From a virus (taxonomy: Duplodnaviria > Caudoviricetes): a DNA stretch of 64,000 bases. Location of the stretch: the IMG/VR virus record IMGVR_UViG_3300042566_001028, positions 14,281 to 78,280 of that record. One strand, given 5' to 3'. This document shows positions 33,246 to 42,208 of this stretch, in pieces; the stretch's first letter is position 1, and every line of letters starts with the position of its first letter. The translations under genes were made by a program, and so were the position numbers. The notes under the pieces were generated by a model. That model ran no database searches and had not been told where the DNA came from. It was given only the letters and a program-made list of their open reading frames with translations.

Positions 33246-35834
33246 ATGAAACAAATATTAGTTACATTATTTCTTTTAATATCATTTTTAGGGTTTGGTC
33301 AGTCGGTTTCGGCACCAGACCCTAAATCATTTACTGTCAATACGACTGGACAAGATGCTAGTGGATTTGAGTTAAATGGATTTAGTTCAACTGCAACTTT
33401 ATTAGCATCGGTTAGTTTAGTAAATCCACCAACGGGCACAACATTCTATTTGAATACTTACACAGGTTTGACTGCAGCAAGTGGGTTTAATTTAATTGGT
33501 AATAAAACCAAATTAGTGTTTACGGGAACAATGGCCAGTATCAATACGGCATTATCATCTTTAAAAATAAACACAGGTTCTATTTCAGGTGATATTGTCA
33601 TATCAGTCGCAGCAACTATAAATCCAACTGGTTTCTTTTACAATGGAACAAACGGACACTTTTATAGACCAATATCAACAGGAACAAGCTATACGGGTGC
33701 AAGAGCAGCGGCATTAAATACTACATTTAAAGGCCAGACTGGATATTTAGTAACAATAACTTCAGCAGATGAAGATTCATTTGTATTCAATAATGTTCCA
33801 CAAACAAATATTTGGTTTGCATTAACCGATGAAGAAACCGAAGGTCAATGGAAAATTGATGCTGGTCCTGAAAAGGGAACTTTAATCAAAACATCAAACG
33901 GACAAACTGCGGGTAATATACAAGGACAGTACAATAACTGGGCACCTGGTGAACCAAACAATAGTGGTAACGAAGATTATGCGGTAACAAAATGGAACGG
34001 TTCTCAATGGAATGATTTACCGAATGGATTTAGTTGCCCTTATGTAATTGAATACGGAACTTGGACTAACCCTGATGATGCAACATTTACGGAGTTTTAT
34101 ACTAATTCGGTTTCTCATTCAAACGGGCAAACACTAAAGGCTTTATTCAATTTTACATTTGGTTCGGTGATTGATAAAAGTAAGTTTTCGGCACAAATAT
34201 TCAAAAGAAATGATGCAACTTCTACATGGGAAACAACATCTGGATATAAATCATTAAGTGGTTTGGGTAAGGTATATCTTTCAAATCAAATAGATACAGC
34301 AAAACTTTATTCAACAGCAATTCAATTAGGAGCTGGGACATCCGATATGACACAATTCACTAATGCAGATATCGGTAAGGTTTATAAATTGACAACAACG
34401 GGTACAACTGGTGGTGGATGGGGAACGGATATCTATACAAGTGATTCTTACATACCCGCAATGGCAGTACATGCTGGTGTTTTAACAATCGGCCAAACAA
34501 AAGAAATTTATATTAAAATAGTTGAAGGAAAAAGTAGTTATTTAGGTTCAACCCGTAATGGAATCACAACGTCAGAATGGGGTGGATGGGGATTGAGTTA
34601 TCAATTTGTATCTCAACCATCTTCATACAAGGCAATATCATCACCTGGCCAAGTTGAATGGTGTGTAATATATGATTACGATGCATCAAATCAAAGATAT
34701 AGAGTTGGAATTGATAAAAGAGAATTTGATGGAACCAATGTATCACCAAATAATGTATCATCACTAAAATTATTTGATTTGTGGGATGGAAATGTAACAT
34801 TTGATAGTGAAGACATATATTGGGCAAATTATTGGGTTTATACATCTACACAATTTAATTATGCAGGTTCATCTTATTCATCGAATTTAAGAGCAGGAAA
34901 TGGATTTTATGGAGTAAGTAGTGAGTTTGCCTTTTCACAATTAGGTGCATACAAACAACACAAAATGGAACTAAATGAATACGATAATGCACAATTAAAA
35001 ACATTATATAATAACATTGTAACAGTATCGGATGTTTATTTGGCATTTAAGGAATTATCTAATAAGGGTTTATTTGGTAATCAAAGTGGTAATGAATTTG
35101 GATATGGTATTCAATATGTAAATGCAGATGTGGATGATAATGGTGTATTCAATGAAGTGGATACATATAAATTATTACAAAATTTAACGGGTGTAAATGA
35201 TTTAGTTAGCAGTTATACTTTGGATAATACTATAAAAGTAATACCTGACTCAATCTATAATTTAATTGGTAAATCAACGTGGAGTTCGTTTACATCATAT
35301 AAAGGTAAATCTTATTCATTTAGTTTATTGGATAATGTGTTGAATTACAATTACAATTTATCTGTGAGTTGGAAAGGTGACGTAAATCTATCTCATTCAG
35401 CAACACCGCCTTCAAATAACATTACTACAATGTCGGTTAGAACATCAATGAGTACACCGATATCAAATGAAATAAATACATCAATCATAACGGAATTGGT
35501 AGGTGATAGTGTTGTTGCATATATTACAATAGACCCATTACAACAAGAATTAGTAGGAACACAATTCAAATTAAATTACGATAATAGTTTATTAAAGTTT
35601 AGTAGTGTATCTTACAAAACAAAAGGTTCACCAACCAATTACGGAACTGACAAAGGTGATTATATCAATTTAGGTTCTTTAATTACGGATGGTGGAATTT
35701 TAGATAATACAACTGAATACAAAATTAGTTTCAAACCACAAACAAAATTAGATAATATATTGGGATTGATTTCAGTTGGATTTATGGATGCAGTAAATAA
35801 AAGTGGTAGAACATTAAAAGTAATAATGAAATAA
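33246..35834 (+). CDS. secreted adhesin: C-type lectin, LCCL, dockerin-like and cohesin-like domains
   Basis: GYLVTITSADE..WAPGEPNN..WND (CTL); WGTDIYTSDS..AVHAGVL (LCCL); ADVDDNGVFNEVD; GTQFKLNYD. Confidence 0.75.
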   Translation: MKQILVTLFLLISFLGFGQSVSAPDPKSFTVNTTGQDASGFELNGFSSTATLLASVSLVNPPTGTTFYLNTYTGLTAASGFNLIGNKTKLVFTGTMASINTALSSLKINTGSISGDIVISVAATINPTGFFYNGTNGHFYRPISTGTSYTGARAAALNTTFKGQTGYLVTITSADEDSFVFNNVPQTNIWFALTDEETEGQWKIDAGPEKGTLIKTSNGQTAGNIQGQYNNWAPGEPNNSGNEDYAVTKWNGSQWNDLPNGFSCPYVIEYGTWTNPDDATFTEFYTNSVSHSNGQTLKALFNFTFGSVIDKSKFSAQIFKRNDATSTWETTSGYKSLSGLGKVYLSNQIDTAKLYSTAIQLGAGTSDMTQFTNADIGKVYKLTTTGTTGGGWGTDIYTSDSYIPAMAVHAGVLTIGQTKEIYIKIVEGKSSYLGSTRNGITTSEWGGWGLSYQFVSQPSSYKAISSPGQVEWCVIYDYDASNQRYRVGIDKREFDGTNVSPNNVSSLKLFDLWDGNVTFDSEDIYWANYWVYTSTQFNYAGSSYSSNLRAGNGFYGVSSEFAFSQLGAYKQHKMELNEYDNAQLKTLYNNIVTVSDVYLAFKELSNKGLFGNQSGNEFGYGIQYVNADVDDNGVFNEVDTYKLLQNLTGVNDLVSSYTLDNTIKVIPDSIYNLIGKSTWSSFTSYKGKSYSFSLLDNVLNYNYNLSVSWKGDVNLSHSATPPSNNITTMSVRTSMSTPISNEINTSIITELVGDSVVAYITIDPLQQELVGTQFKLNYDNSLLKFSSVSYKTKGSPTNYGTDKGDYINLGSLITDGGILDNTTEYKISFKPQTKLDNILGLISVGFMDAVNKSGRTLKVIMK

Positions 35835-35849
35835 AAAACTAAAAAAATT

Positions 35850-36131
35850 ATGGAATTTAATTTTGGATATGATGAAATGAAGAATTTCATATTAAAGACT
35901 GGTAAATATAAAATTGTAAATGTTAAGTGTTTTAAACAAGTTCCTAGTAGCTGGTATAATGGTTTCCGATATACGGAAGAAGAAGTATATGTAGAAGTGG
36001 CTTACCTAATAGATGATATTGAAACTGAAAAATGGTTATTTAATGGTGAGTGGAAAGGAAACTATATGCTGCAGGGGAGGATTGAATCGGCTTTTCATAC
36101 AGAGATGAAAAATAAACTATTAAATTTATAA
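35850..36131 (+). CDS. hypothetical cytoplasmic protein
   Basis: ORF without signal peptide. Confidence 0.55.
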   Translation: MEFNFGYDEMKNFILKTGKYKIVNVKCFKQVPSSWYNGFRYTEEEVYVEVAYLIDDIETEKWLFNGEWKGNYMLQGRIESAFHTEMKNKLLNL

Positions 36132-36136
36132 TATAA

Positions 36137-37030
36137 GTGAAAAAATTATTATTAATCATATCGTTAGTTTTAATTGGATTTGTATCAAACGCACAAATAC
36201 AAAAACCTGATACATTACAATTATCGGCAAAAGAACTATTTGGAGAAAGTGATGACTGGAACGATGTGGGTATATTACAATCCTATGTTAATTTTTCAAA
36301 AGATGTTCTCTCATCATCAAACCTTTCAGTTGGTGTAATTGGGAGACAAGTATCAACTACTCTTAATTTAGGATACCATAAATCATCTTTAAATGGACAA
36401 TGGGGACACACATTTGCAGCATCAATAAATCCTATATGGAACTATTATGGTGTGGGATATGGACTTAGTAGAAATACAGAAAAAAGAACAACAACAATAC
36501 AAACATTTTATTCTACGGACTTTGATTTCCAAAAAGATATTAACCTATCTTTTATAGATGTGTTTAGAACAAAAAAGTATGGAACATTCGGTTATAGTTT
36601 AACGGCATCAAAATCATTTTGGGGAACTTATCAGGGTGAGTGGGAAGGGAAATACACGGTAGATGAAAATGGTGATTTTAAAGATTTAATATATCCACAA
36701 ATGCCCGCATCATCCGAACTTACTTATAGAGGTATGGTGATGTACACTTACACATTGAAAACAAAGAGGGTAGATATTTCACCGCAAGTATTTGCAATGA
36801 GTGATGTATATAAAGTATTTAAAGATGGAACTGAATCGGATTTAGCATATGTAGATGATTTTAATTTGGACTTATATTATGGTGTATCTATGGATTGGAA
36901 AATAACTAAAAGATTTGTATTAAATACCAATATCAGATATAACACAACTTGGGATAAATTAAGTGAATCGGTTGGATATAAAAAGAGTAACCCAATCCTA
37001 TTTATGATAGGAACAAACTTTCAATTTTAA
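36137..37030 (+). CDS. outer-membrane beta-barrel protein
   Basis: signal peptide, amphipathic strands, terminal Phe (GTNFQF). Confidence 0.7.
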   Translation: MKKLLLIISLVLIGFVSNAQIQKPDTLQLSAKELFGESDDWNDVGILQSYVNFSKDVLSSSNLSVGVIGRQVSTTLNLGYHKSSLNGQWGHTFAASINPIWNYYGVGYGLSRNTEKRTTTIQTFYSTDFDFQKDINLSFIDVFRTKKYGTFGYSLTASKSFWGTYQGEWEGKYTVDENGDFKDLIYPQMPASSELTYRGMVMYTYTLKTKRVDISPQVFAMSDVYKVFKDGTESDLAYVDDFNLDLYYGVSMDWKITKRFVLNTNIRYNTTWDKLSESVGYKKSNPILFMIGTNFQF

Positions 37031-37401
37031 TGAGTAAAAAAGATTTAATATCATTCGTAGTAATTTATTTATTAATCACATTTGCAATATTATTTAGTGG
37101 TTGTAGAAAAACACAAGTTATACCTACACCACAACCTGTTGTAAATATATTTAGTGTTAGAGAAAGTAGTGTATCAAACGGGCAAGAAATACAATTTGAA
37201 TTACCTAAAAGTGGTGTGTATACATTGACTTTAGGTGATAGTGTGAATAACCAAGTTTTGACAAGAGAAAGATTTATCGGACAAATTGGACAAAATAAAA
37301 AGAAAATATACACTAAATCACTTTCAGTTAAATATTTATATCTGTTATTGGAGGATGAAAACAAAAGTAAAGTAGGAAAAACAATAATAATAGTAAAGTA
37401 A
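37030..37401 (+). CDS. lipoprotein with Ig-like domain
   Basis: lipobox FSGC. Confidence 0.7.
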   Translation: MSKKDLISFVVIYLLITFAILFSGCRKTQVIPTPQPVVNIFSVRESSVSNGQEIQFELPKSGVYTLTLGDSVNNQVLTRERFIGQIGQNKKKIYTKSLSVKYLYLLLEDENKSKVGKTIIIVK

Positions 37402-37402
37402 A

Positions 37403-37786
37403 ATGAGAAAAATTGACAAACTTTTAGGATTAGGATTTTTGGTAACATTGTTAGCATTGAGTTGTAGAAAGATTGACTTACCTGCACCAGTTGCACAAGA
37501 ATTACCATCGGAATTAAAAATATCAAATTCAGTAGGTATTAAATTACAAACTGCATTCGTAACATCGGAAGTTGCAATGAATGTAAAAAGTGATATAGCA
37601 CAAACTGTCACTATTAGAATATTTGATATTGCAAACAAAGTTGTATCAAAATCTACAAGTGATGTAAATGTGGGTGACAATGTATTAAAAGTATATACAA
37701 ATGCACTACCATCATCTGCTTATAGAATTGGAATATATGATATGGGTGGTAAACAATTAGGAATAACAGATTTTAACAAATTATAA
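37403..37786 (+). CDS. lipoprotein with T9SS C-terminal-domain-like fold
   Basis: lipobox ALSC; VTIRIFDIANKVV...LPSSAYRIGI. Confidence 0.6.
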   Translation: MRKIDKLLGLGFLVTLLALSCRKIDLPAPVAQELPSELKISNSVGIKLQTAFVTSEVAMNVKSDIAQTVTIRIFDIANKVVSKSTSDVNVGDNVLKVYTNALPSSAYRIGIYDMGGKQLGITDFNKL

Positions 37787-37799
37787 AAAACAACAATTT

Positions 37800-38111
37800 A
37801 TGTCAGAAGAAGTAGAAAAATCAGAATCAACCGGTGGTTCAATTAAGAATATACTTATCGGTTTAGTATCAACAATCACATTAGGTGTGGGTGGTTGGTT
37901 CACAACAAAGTTAACAGGTGGTGACAAAGAAGAAACTCCAGTTCAACAAGCAGCTCCAGTAATTAACATTACAAATTCTAATCAACAATCACAATCTGCA
38001 GGTGGAACAACTAAAGTTATTGAAAGAGAAAGAGTAGTTGAAAAAGAAAAACCAGCTCCAAAACCAAAAAAGGAAGCAGACGAATTTAAAGAGAAGCCTG
38101 CAGCTTGGTAA
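37800..38111 (+). CDS. single-TM membrane protein
   Basis: TM helix then Gln/Ser-rich and charged tail. Confidence 0.65.
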   Translation: MSEEVEKSESTGGSIKNILIGLVSTITLGVGGWFTTKLTGGDKEETPVQQAAPVINITNSNQQSQSAGGTTKVIERERVVEKEKPAPKPKKEADEFKEKPAAW

Positions 38112-38137
38112 TTTAGAAAATTAAAAATTTATATAAA

Positions 38138-38779
38138 ATGGCAGAACAAACACCAAGTGGTTTTAAAGACCTATTGAGTAATATGATGAAACGTAGATGG
38201 TATATCACTGCGTTGGTATTGGGTGGATTTATGTTTATTATAGGAGGAATGTTCTTCGCTATATTTTCTAAATCGGAAATAGCAGGAGAATGGAAAGAAC
38301 TTCTATTATTGTTATTAGGAGCTTTCATTGGTTCTTATGGTAAAATTATTGACTATTGGTTTAGTGATACCGATAAGGATAAGATGTTAGTTCAGAAAAT
38401 GGATGAAGAAGATGGTGTATCAATGAGCAATACTGCTGATTTACCACCAACACCACCGAATAACACTCCATTGATTCCAGAAGCATTTACTGCAGCAATT
38501 TCAAATGCACAATCACAAGTTGTATCCGTAAAATCAGAACCAAATAACCCACAACAAATTGAATCTCCTTTCAAAACTGAAACCAAAGTTGGTGTTGAAG
38601 TAGATGAAGATGGTGATGGTGTAATGGATGGTTTGGATTTTGATGGTGACGGTAAAATTGACGAATATTTTGCACACAGACAATGTGAACACATATGGGG
38701 TGATGTAGATGGTGATGGTGATGAAGAGTGTTTGAAATGTGGAAAGATTAAAGATGAAGATGCTGAAATGGCAGGATAA
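38138..38779 (+). CDS. two-TM protein with DxDxDG repeats and a C-x-H...CxxC site
   Basis: DEDGDG, DFDGDG, DVDGDG; QCEH...CLKC. Confidence 0.7.
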   Translation: MAEQTPSGFKDLLSNMMKRRWYITALVLGGFMFIIGGMFFAIFSKSEIAGEWKELLLLLLGAFIGSYGKIIDYWFSDTDKDKMLVQKMDEEDGVSMSNTADLPPTPPNNTPLIPEAFTAAISNAQSQVVSVKSEPNNPQQIESPFKTETKVGVEVDEDGDGVMDGLDFDGDGKIDEYFAHRQCEHIWGDVDGDGDEECLKCGKIKDEDAEMAG

Positions 38780-38816
38780 ATCAGTTACATAGTATTAACA
38801 ATTTAAATTAAAAACT

Positions 38817-39089
38817 ATGGGATTTTTTAAAGAATTATTTAGTGATAGCAACGACATTAATGAGAAATCAGTTGTAGGGTTTGCATCTTTCGGTTGTATG
38901 GTCTTAGCTTTGGTAGTTGACCTTGTAACTGGATATATGGGTAAACCATTATTGATTAACGAATACATCTTTAACGGATTTTTGGTAATCACTTTGGGTT
39001 CATTTGGTATCGCTTCAGTTGATAAGTTTATCAATAAGAAAGCAGAACATGATGCAGCTAAATTAGAAGCTGAAACCGAAGAAGGATAA
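38817..39089 (+). CDS. small two-TM membrane protein (holin-like topology)
   Basis: two hydrophobic helices, charged C-terminus. Confidence 0.6.
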   Translation: MGFFKELFSDSNDINEKSVVGFASFGCMVLALVVDLVTGYMGKPLLINEYIFNGFLVITLGSFGIASVDKFINKKAEHDAAKLEAETEEG

Positions 39090-39107
39090 TGATTTGATAA
39101 CATTATA

Positions 39108-39134
39108 AACCCTCACTTTAGGTGGGGGTTTTTT
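39108..39134 (+). terminator. intrinsic terminator
   Basis: AAACCCTCAC/GTGGGGGTTT hairpin plus T tract; near-identical to 25149. Confidence 0.8.
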
Positions 39135-39138
39135 ATTT

Positions 39139-39840
39139 ATGTGTATGGATAACTTATTAACGATAGTAATACCTTGTAAAAATGAAAAAGATAACATATA
39201 TGAGTGTATTGCATTTATTGCAAAACAAGTGGGTTCCGCAGGACTTAAAGTTATTATTGCAGATAACTCCGATGAAGGTGATAGTTTAGATTTTTTATAT
39301 TATGTTAAAAGAGATTTTAAATACTCATTGGATATAGAAATTATACAAGGTGGGTTTCCTGCAAAAGCTAGATTAGAAGGAAGTAAATTAGTAACCACAC
39401 CTTACATACTATTTTTGGATGCAGATATAATGTTGCAGGATAAATTTATATTGGGTGAATGTTTGGCATATGATACAGATTTAGTAACTGTTCCATTTCA
39501 AACCGAAAAAGAATTTAATTGGATATTTAGATTATTTGATATTCAACAACAAATGAGTAATTGCTTGGGAACTCCATTTGCAATTGGTGGATTTCAATTG
39601 TGGAAAACTGAAGCATATTGGAAAACTGGTGGATACGATGAAACACATTTATTTGCAGAAGATTATTGGGTATCACAAAAGGCAGAAGTAATGAAAATAC
39701 ACAAAACAAAGGGTGTATGGACATCTGCACGAAGATTTAAGAATAAAGGATTTTTTTATATGTTTATATTAAGTATCAAATGCTACATCAACCGAAACAA
39801 TACAGAATTTTTCAAAAAACACCACAACTACTGGAAATGA
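39139..39840 (+). CDS. GT2-family glycosyltransferase
   Basis: IVIPCKNE, LFLDAD, GGYDE..AED, SARRF. Confidence 0.9.
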   Translation: MCMDNLLTIVIPCKNEKDNIYECIAFIAKQVGSAGLKVIIADNSDEGDSLDFLYYVKRDFKYSLDIEIIQGGFPAKARLEGSKLVTTPYILFLDADIMLQDKFILGECLAYDTDLVTVPFQTEKEFNWIFRLFDIQQQMSNCLGTPFAIGGFQLWKTEAYWKTGGYDETHLFAEDYWVSQKAEVMKIHKTKGVWTSARRFKNKGFFYMFILSIKCYINRNNTEFFKKHHNYWK

Positions 39841-40559
39841 TACATCAAGCAATAATAGTATCGGATTTACATTTAGGAACAAAAGATAGTAAGGCGGAAG
39901 AGTTTATAGAATTTATAGAAACACACCCAACCGAACTACTAATCCTTAATGGTGATATCATAGATGGGTGGGCTTTGAATAGAGGAACAAAGTGGAAAAA
40001 ACCACATACAAAAGTTATTTCAAAATTATTACAATTATCAAACAAAACCAGAATTATCTGGATAAGAGGAAACCATGATGAGTTTATACAAGAGTTCATC
40101 GGCACCCATTTGGGAGCAATTGAAATTAGAGAAGATTATAAGTTGGATATCAATAATACTATGGAGAGTTACTATATTTTCCACGGAGATGTTATTGATG
40201 TTTTTATAACAAAATATAAATGGTTATCAAAAATTGGTTCAGTAGGATACGATTTTGCTCTTTGGTTAAATAGAGTTTATAACACATATCGTAAATGGAG
40301 AAAATTACCATACATTTCAATATCTCAAAAAATTAAGGGGAGTGTTAAAGTAGCAACAAATTATGTAAATGATTTTGAAACAACTGCTCTATCAATGGCT
40401 ACCAAAAAAGGATGTAATGGTGTAATTTGTGGTCACATTCACCAACCTGCAGATAGAATGATTAACGGAAAAAGATATCTAAATAGTGGTGATTGGATTG
40501 AGAATATGAGTGCTATTTGTATAGATAATATCGGAAAGATATATTTATATGAAAAGTAG
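39837..40559 (+). CDS. LpxH-like UDP-2,3-diacylglucosamine diphosphatase family metallophosphoesterase
   Basis: SDLHLG, NGDIIDGW, GNHD, HGD, CGHIH, NSGDW. Confidence 0.88.
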   Translation: MIHQAIIVSDLHLGTKDSKAEEFIEFIETHPTELLILNGDIIDGWALNRGTKWKKPHTKVISKLLQLSNKTRIIWIRGNHDEFIQEFIGTHLGAIEIREDYKLDINNTMESYYIFHGDVIDVFITKYKWLSKIGSVGYDFALWLNRVYNTYRKWRKLPYISISQKIKGSVKVATNYVNDFETTALSMATKKGCNGVICGHIHQPADRMINGKRYLNSGDWIENMSAICIDNIGKIYLYEK

Positions 40560-40565
40560 TCATGT

Positions 40566-41285
40566 ATGAAAAAATTATTAGTATTCTTAAGTTTCTTTTT
40601 GTTAAGCAGTGTTGCCATTGCCCAAACTGTCGGAGTAACAAAAACAGAACAATTTAAAGCATCGTTTGAAACAAAGATTGATATTAGTCAATTTATGGAT
40701 TATGACGGCCCACAAATTCCTATTCAAATCTTAAAGGCAGGTATATCGGATGAGATGTATGAAATGTATCCTGAATTGAAAGAAAAGAGAGTTGGATTGG
40801 GTGTTGCAAATATCTCAATGGAGTATTTGGAAAATCTTAATCGTTTTAAATTCACAGAGGACAAAACAGAAATTAAGAATAGAATGGTTAAACAATTCCA
40901 AGCATCAGCTGCAGGAATTTCCGAAAACAAATTAGATGGTAGAGGAAAGATTAGTTTGGCAGAATACTTTGTAACAATTGAATGTTATGATTATTCAGTT
41001 AGTGAAGATGAGACTATAAACTTAAAAGATGGTATCAAAGATAATATGGTAACAAGAATAGGTTTACAAGTTAGATTTACAAATGCAGAAACAGGAGTAG
41101 TATTTGGTGCAAGTGGATTAGGAGAAGCAACTACCAATAGACAATTAACACTATTATCGGATGCATCAGTAGACCCAATTAAATTCAATCAGTCAACTAT
41201 ATCAATCGCAACTAAGAAGGCATTAGATATAGCTTGTGCAAGAATTTTGGATAGAATGATTAAAAAGGGAATATTTACAAAATAG
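40566..41285 (+). CDS. CsgG/HfaB-like secreted protein
   Basis: signal peptide; NRFKFTED, AEYFV, QVRFTNAETG..GEA pattern. Confidence 0.6.
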   Translation: MKKLLVFLSFFLLSSVAIAQTVGVTKTEQFKASFETKIDISQFMDYDGPQIPIQILKAGISDEMYEMYPELKEKRVGLGVANISMEYLENLNRFKFTEDKTEIKNRMVKQFQASAAGISENKLDGRGKISLAEYFVTIECYDYSVSEDETINLKDGIKDNMVTRIGLQVRFTNAETGVVFGASGLGEATTNRQLTLLSDASVDPIKFNQSTISIATKKALDIACARILDRMIKKGIFTK

Positions 41286-41291
41286 AATAAT

Positions 41292-41399
41292 ATGGGAAGT
41301 AAAGCAAAAAAACCAAGAGCAATGAGAAGTAGAAGAAGTGGTGTAAAGAAAATGGAATTGGTTAAAAATAATTTGAGAATATTACAAAACTTAAAGTAA
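41292..41399 (+). CDS. small basic peptide (35 aa)
   Basis: MGSKAKKPRAMRSRRSG...; stop overlaps next start (TAATG). Confidence 0.5.
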   Translation: MGSKAKKPRAMRSRRSGVKKMELVKNNLRILQNLK

Positions 41400-42208
41400 T
41401 GAAAACGTTATTATTGATTCTATTGTTGGTTCCAACATTGGTATTGTCACAAGTTAGTAGTTGGAGAAGTGGCACAACCACACCCAAAGTAACATCTCCA
41501 TCTATTCAATCACAAAGAAATTCTATAAGTAATTGGAGAACCCAATCACCTAGAGATTTTAATAGACCACAACAAACAAGACGGGGTTCTAATATTGTTA
41601 TAAATAATAACCCATGGCTTTGGAACAATTGGGGATGGGGGTGGAACAATTGGGGATGGTATCAACCATATCCTTATATTTGGTATGATGATTTTGGTTG
41701 GAGACAAAGAAGTGTAATTCGTGTATATGAAAACGGAAAGAGAGATACAATTAGAAAAGAACCCGTTTACACTTCATTCGGTATTGGAAAAACAAATAAT
41801 GAACAAGCTGCATTTTGGGGTACCATTGGTAGTAATAAAGCATATTTTATCATGGATTATGTAATGACTTATGATATAGATAGAAACCAATACTATCCAA
41901 ATGGTAATTTAGTTATTGCAGATTTTCCTGTTAGTGATAAATTATTTAGAAAAGAACATACATTCTATTTAGGTGGTGGTAAAAGATTTGGTAAATTGGG
42001 AGTACATGGTATGATTGGATTTGGTAATGAAATTTTAAGATACCAGGGAAAAGATGATTTAGGTGGTATATCATTTCCAAAGTCAAATACAAATTTTACA
42101 ACATTTAAAGTTGGTATAATAAGAGAATTTAAATTCTTTACTTTAAAAATTGATACTGACCCAATACGAGGTTATTCTCAAATAGGAATAGGACTGAACA
42201 ATAAGTAA
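41399..42208 (+). CDS. secreted protein with Trp/Gly/Asn-rich segment and probable C-terminal beta-barrel
   Basis: signal peptide; WNNWGWGWNNWGW; amphipathic strands. Confidence 0.65.
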   Translation: MKTLLLILLLVPTLVLSQVSSWRSGTTTPKVTSPSIQSQRNSISNWRTQSPRDFNRPQQTRRGSNIVINNNPWLWNNWGWGWNNWGWYQPYPYIWYDDFGWRQRSVIRVYENGKRDTIRKEPVYTSFGIGKTNNEQAAFWGTIGSNKAYFIMDYVMTYDIDRNQYYPNGNLVIADFPVSDKLFRKEHTFYLGGGKRFGKLGVHGMIGFGNEILRYQGKDDLGGISFPKSNTNFTTFKVGIIREFKFFTLKIDTDPIRGYSQIGIGLNNK

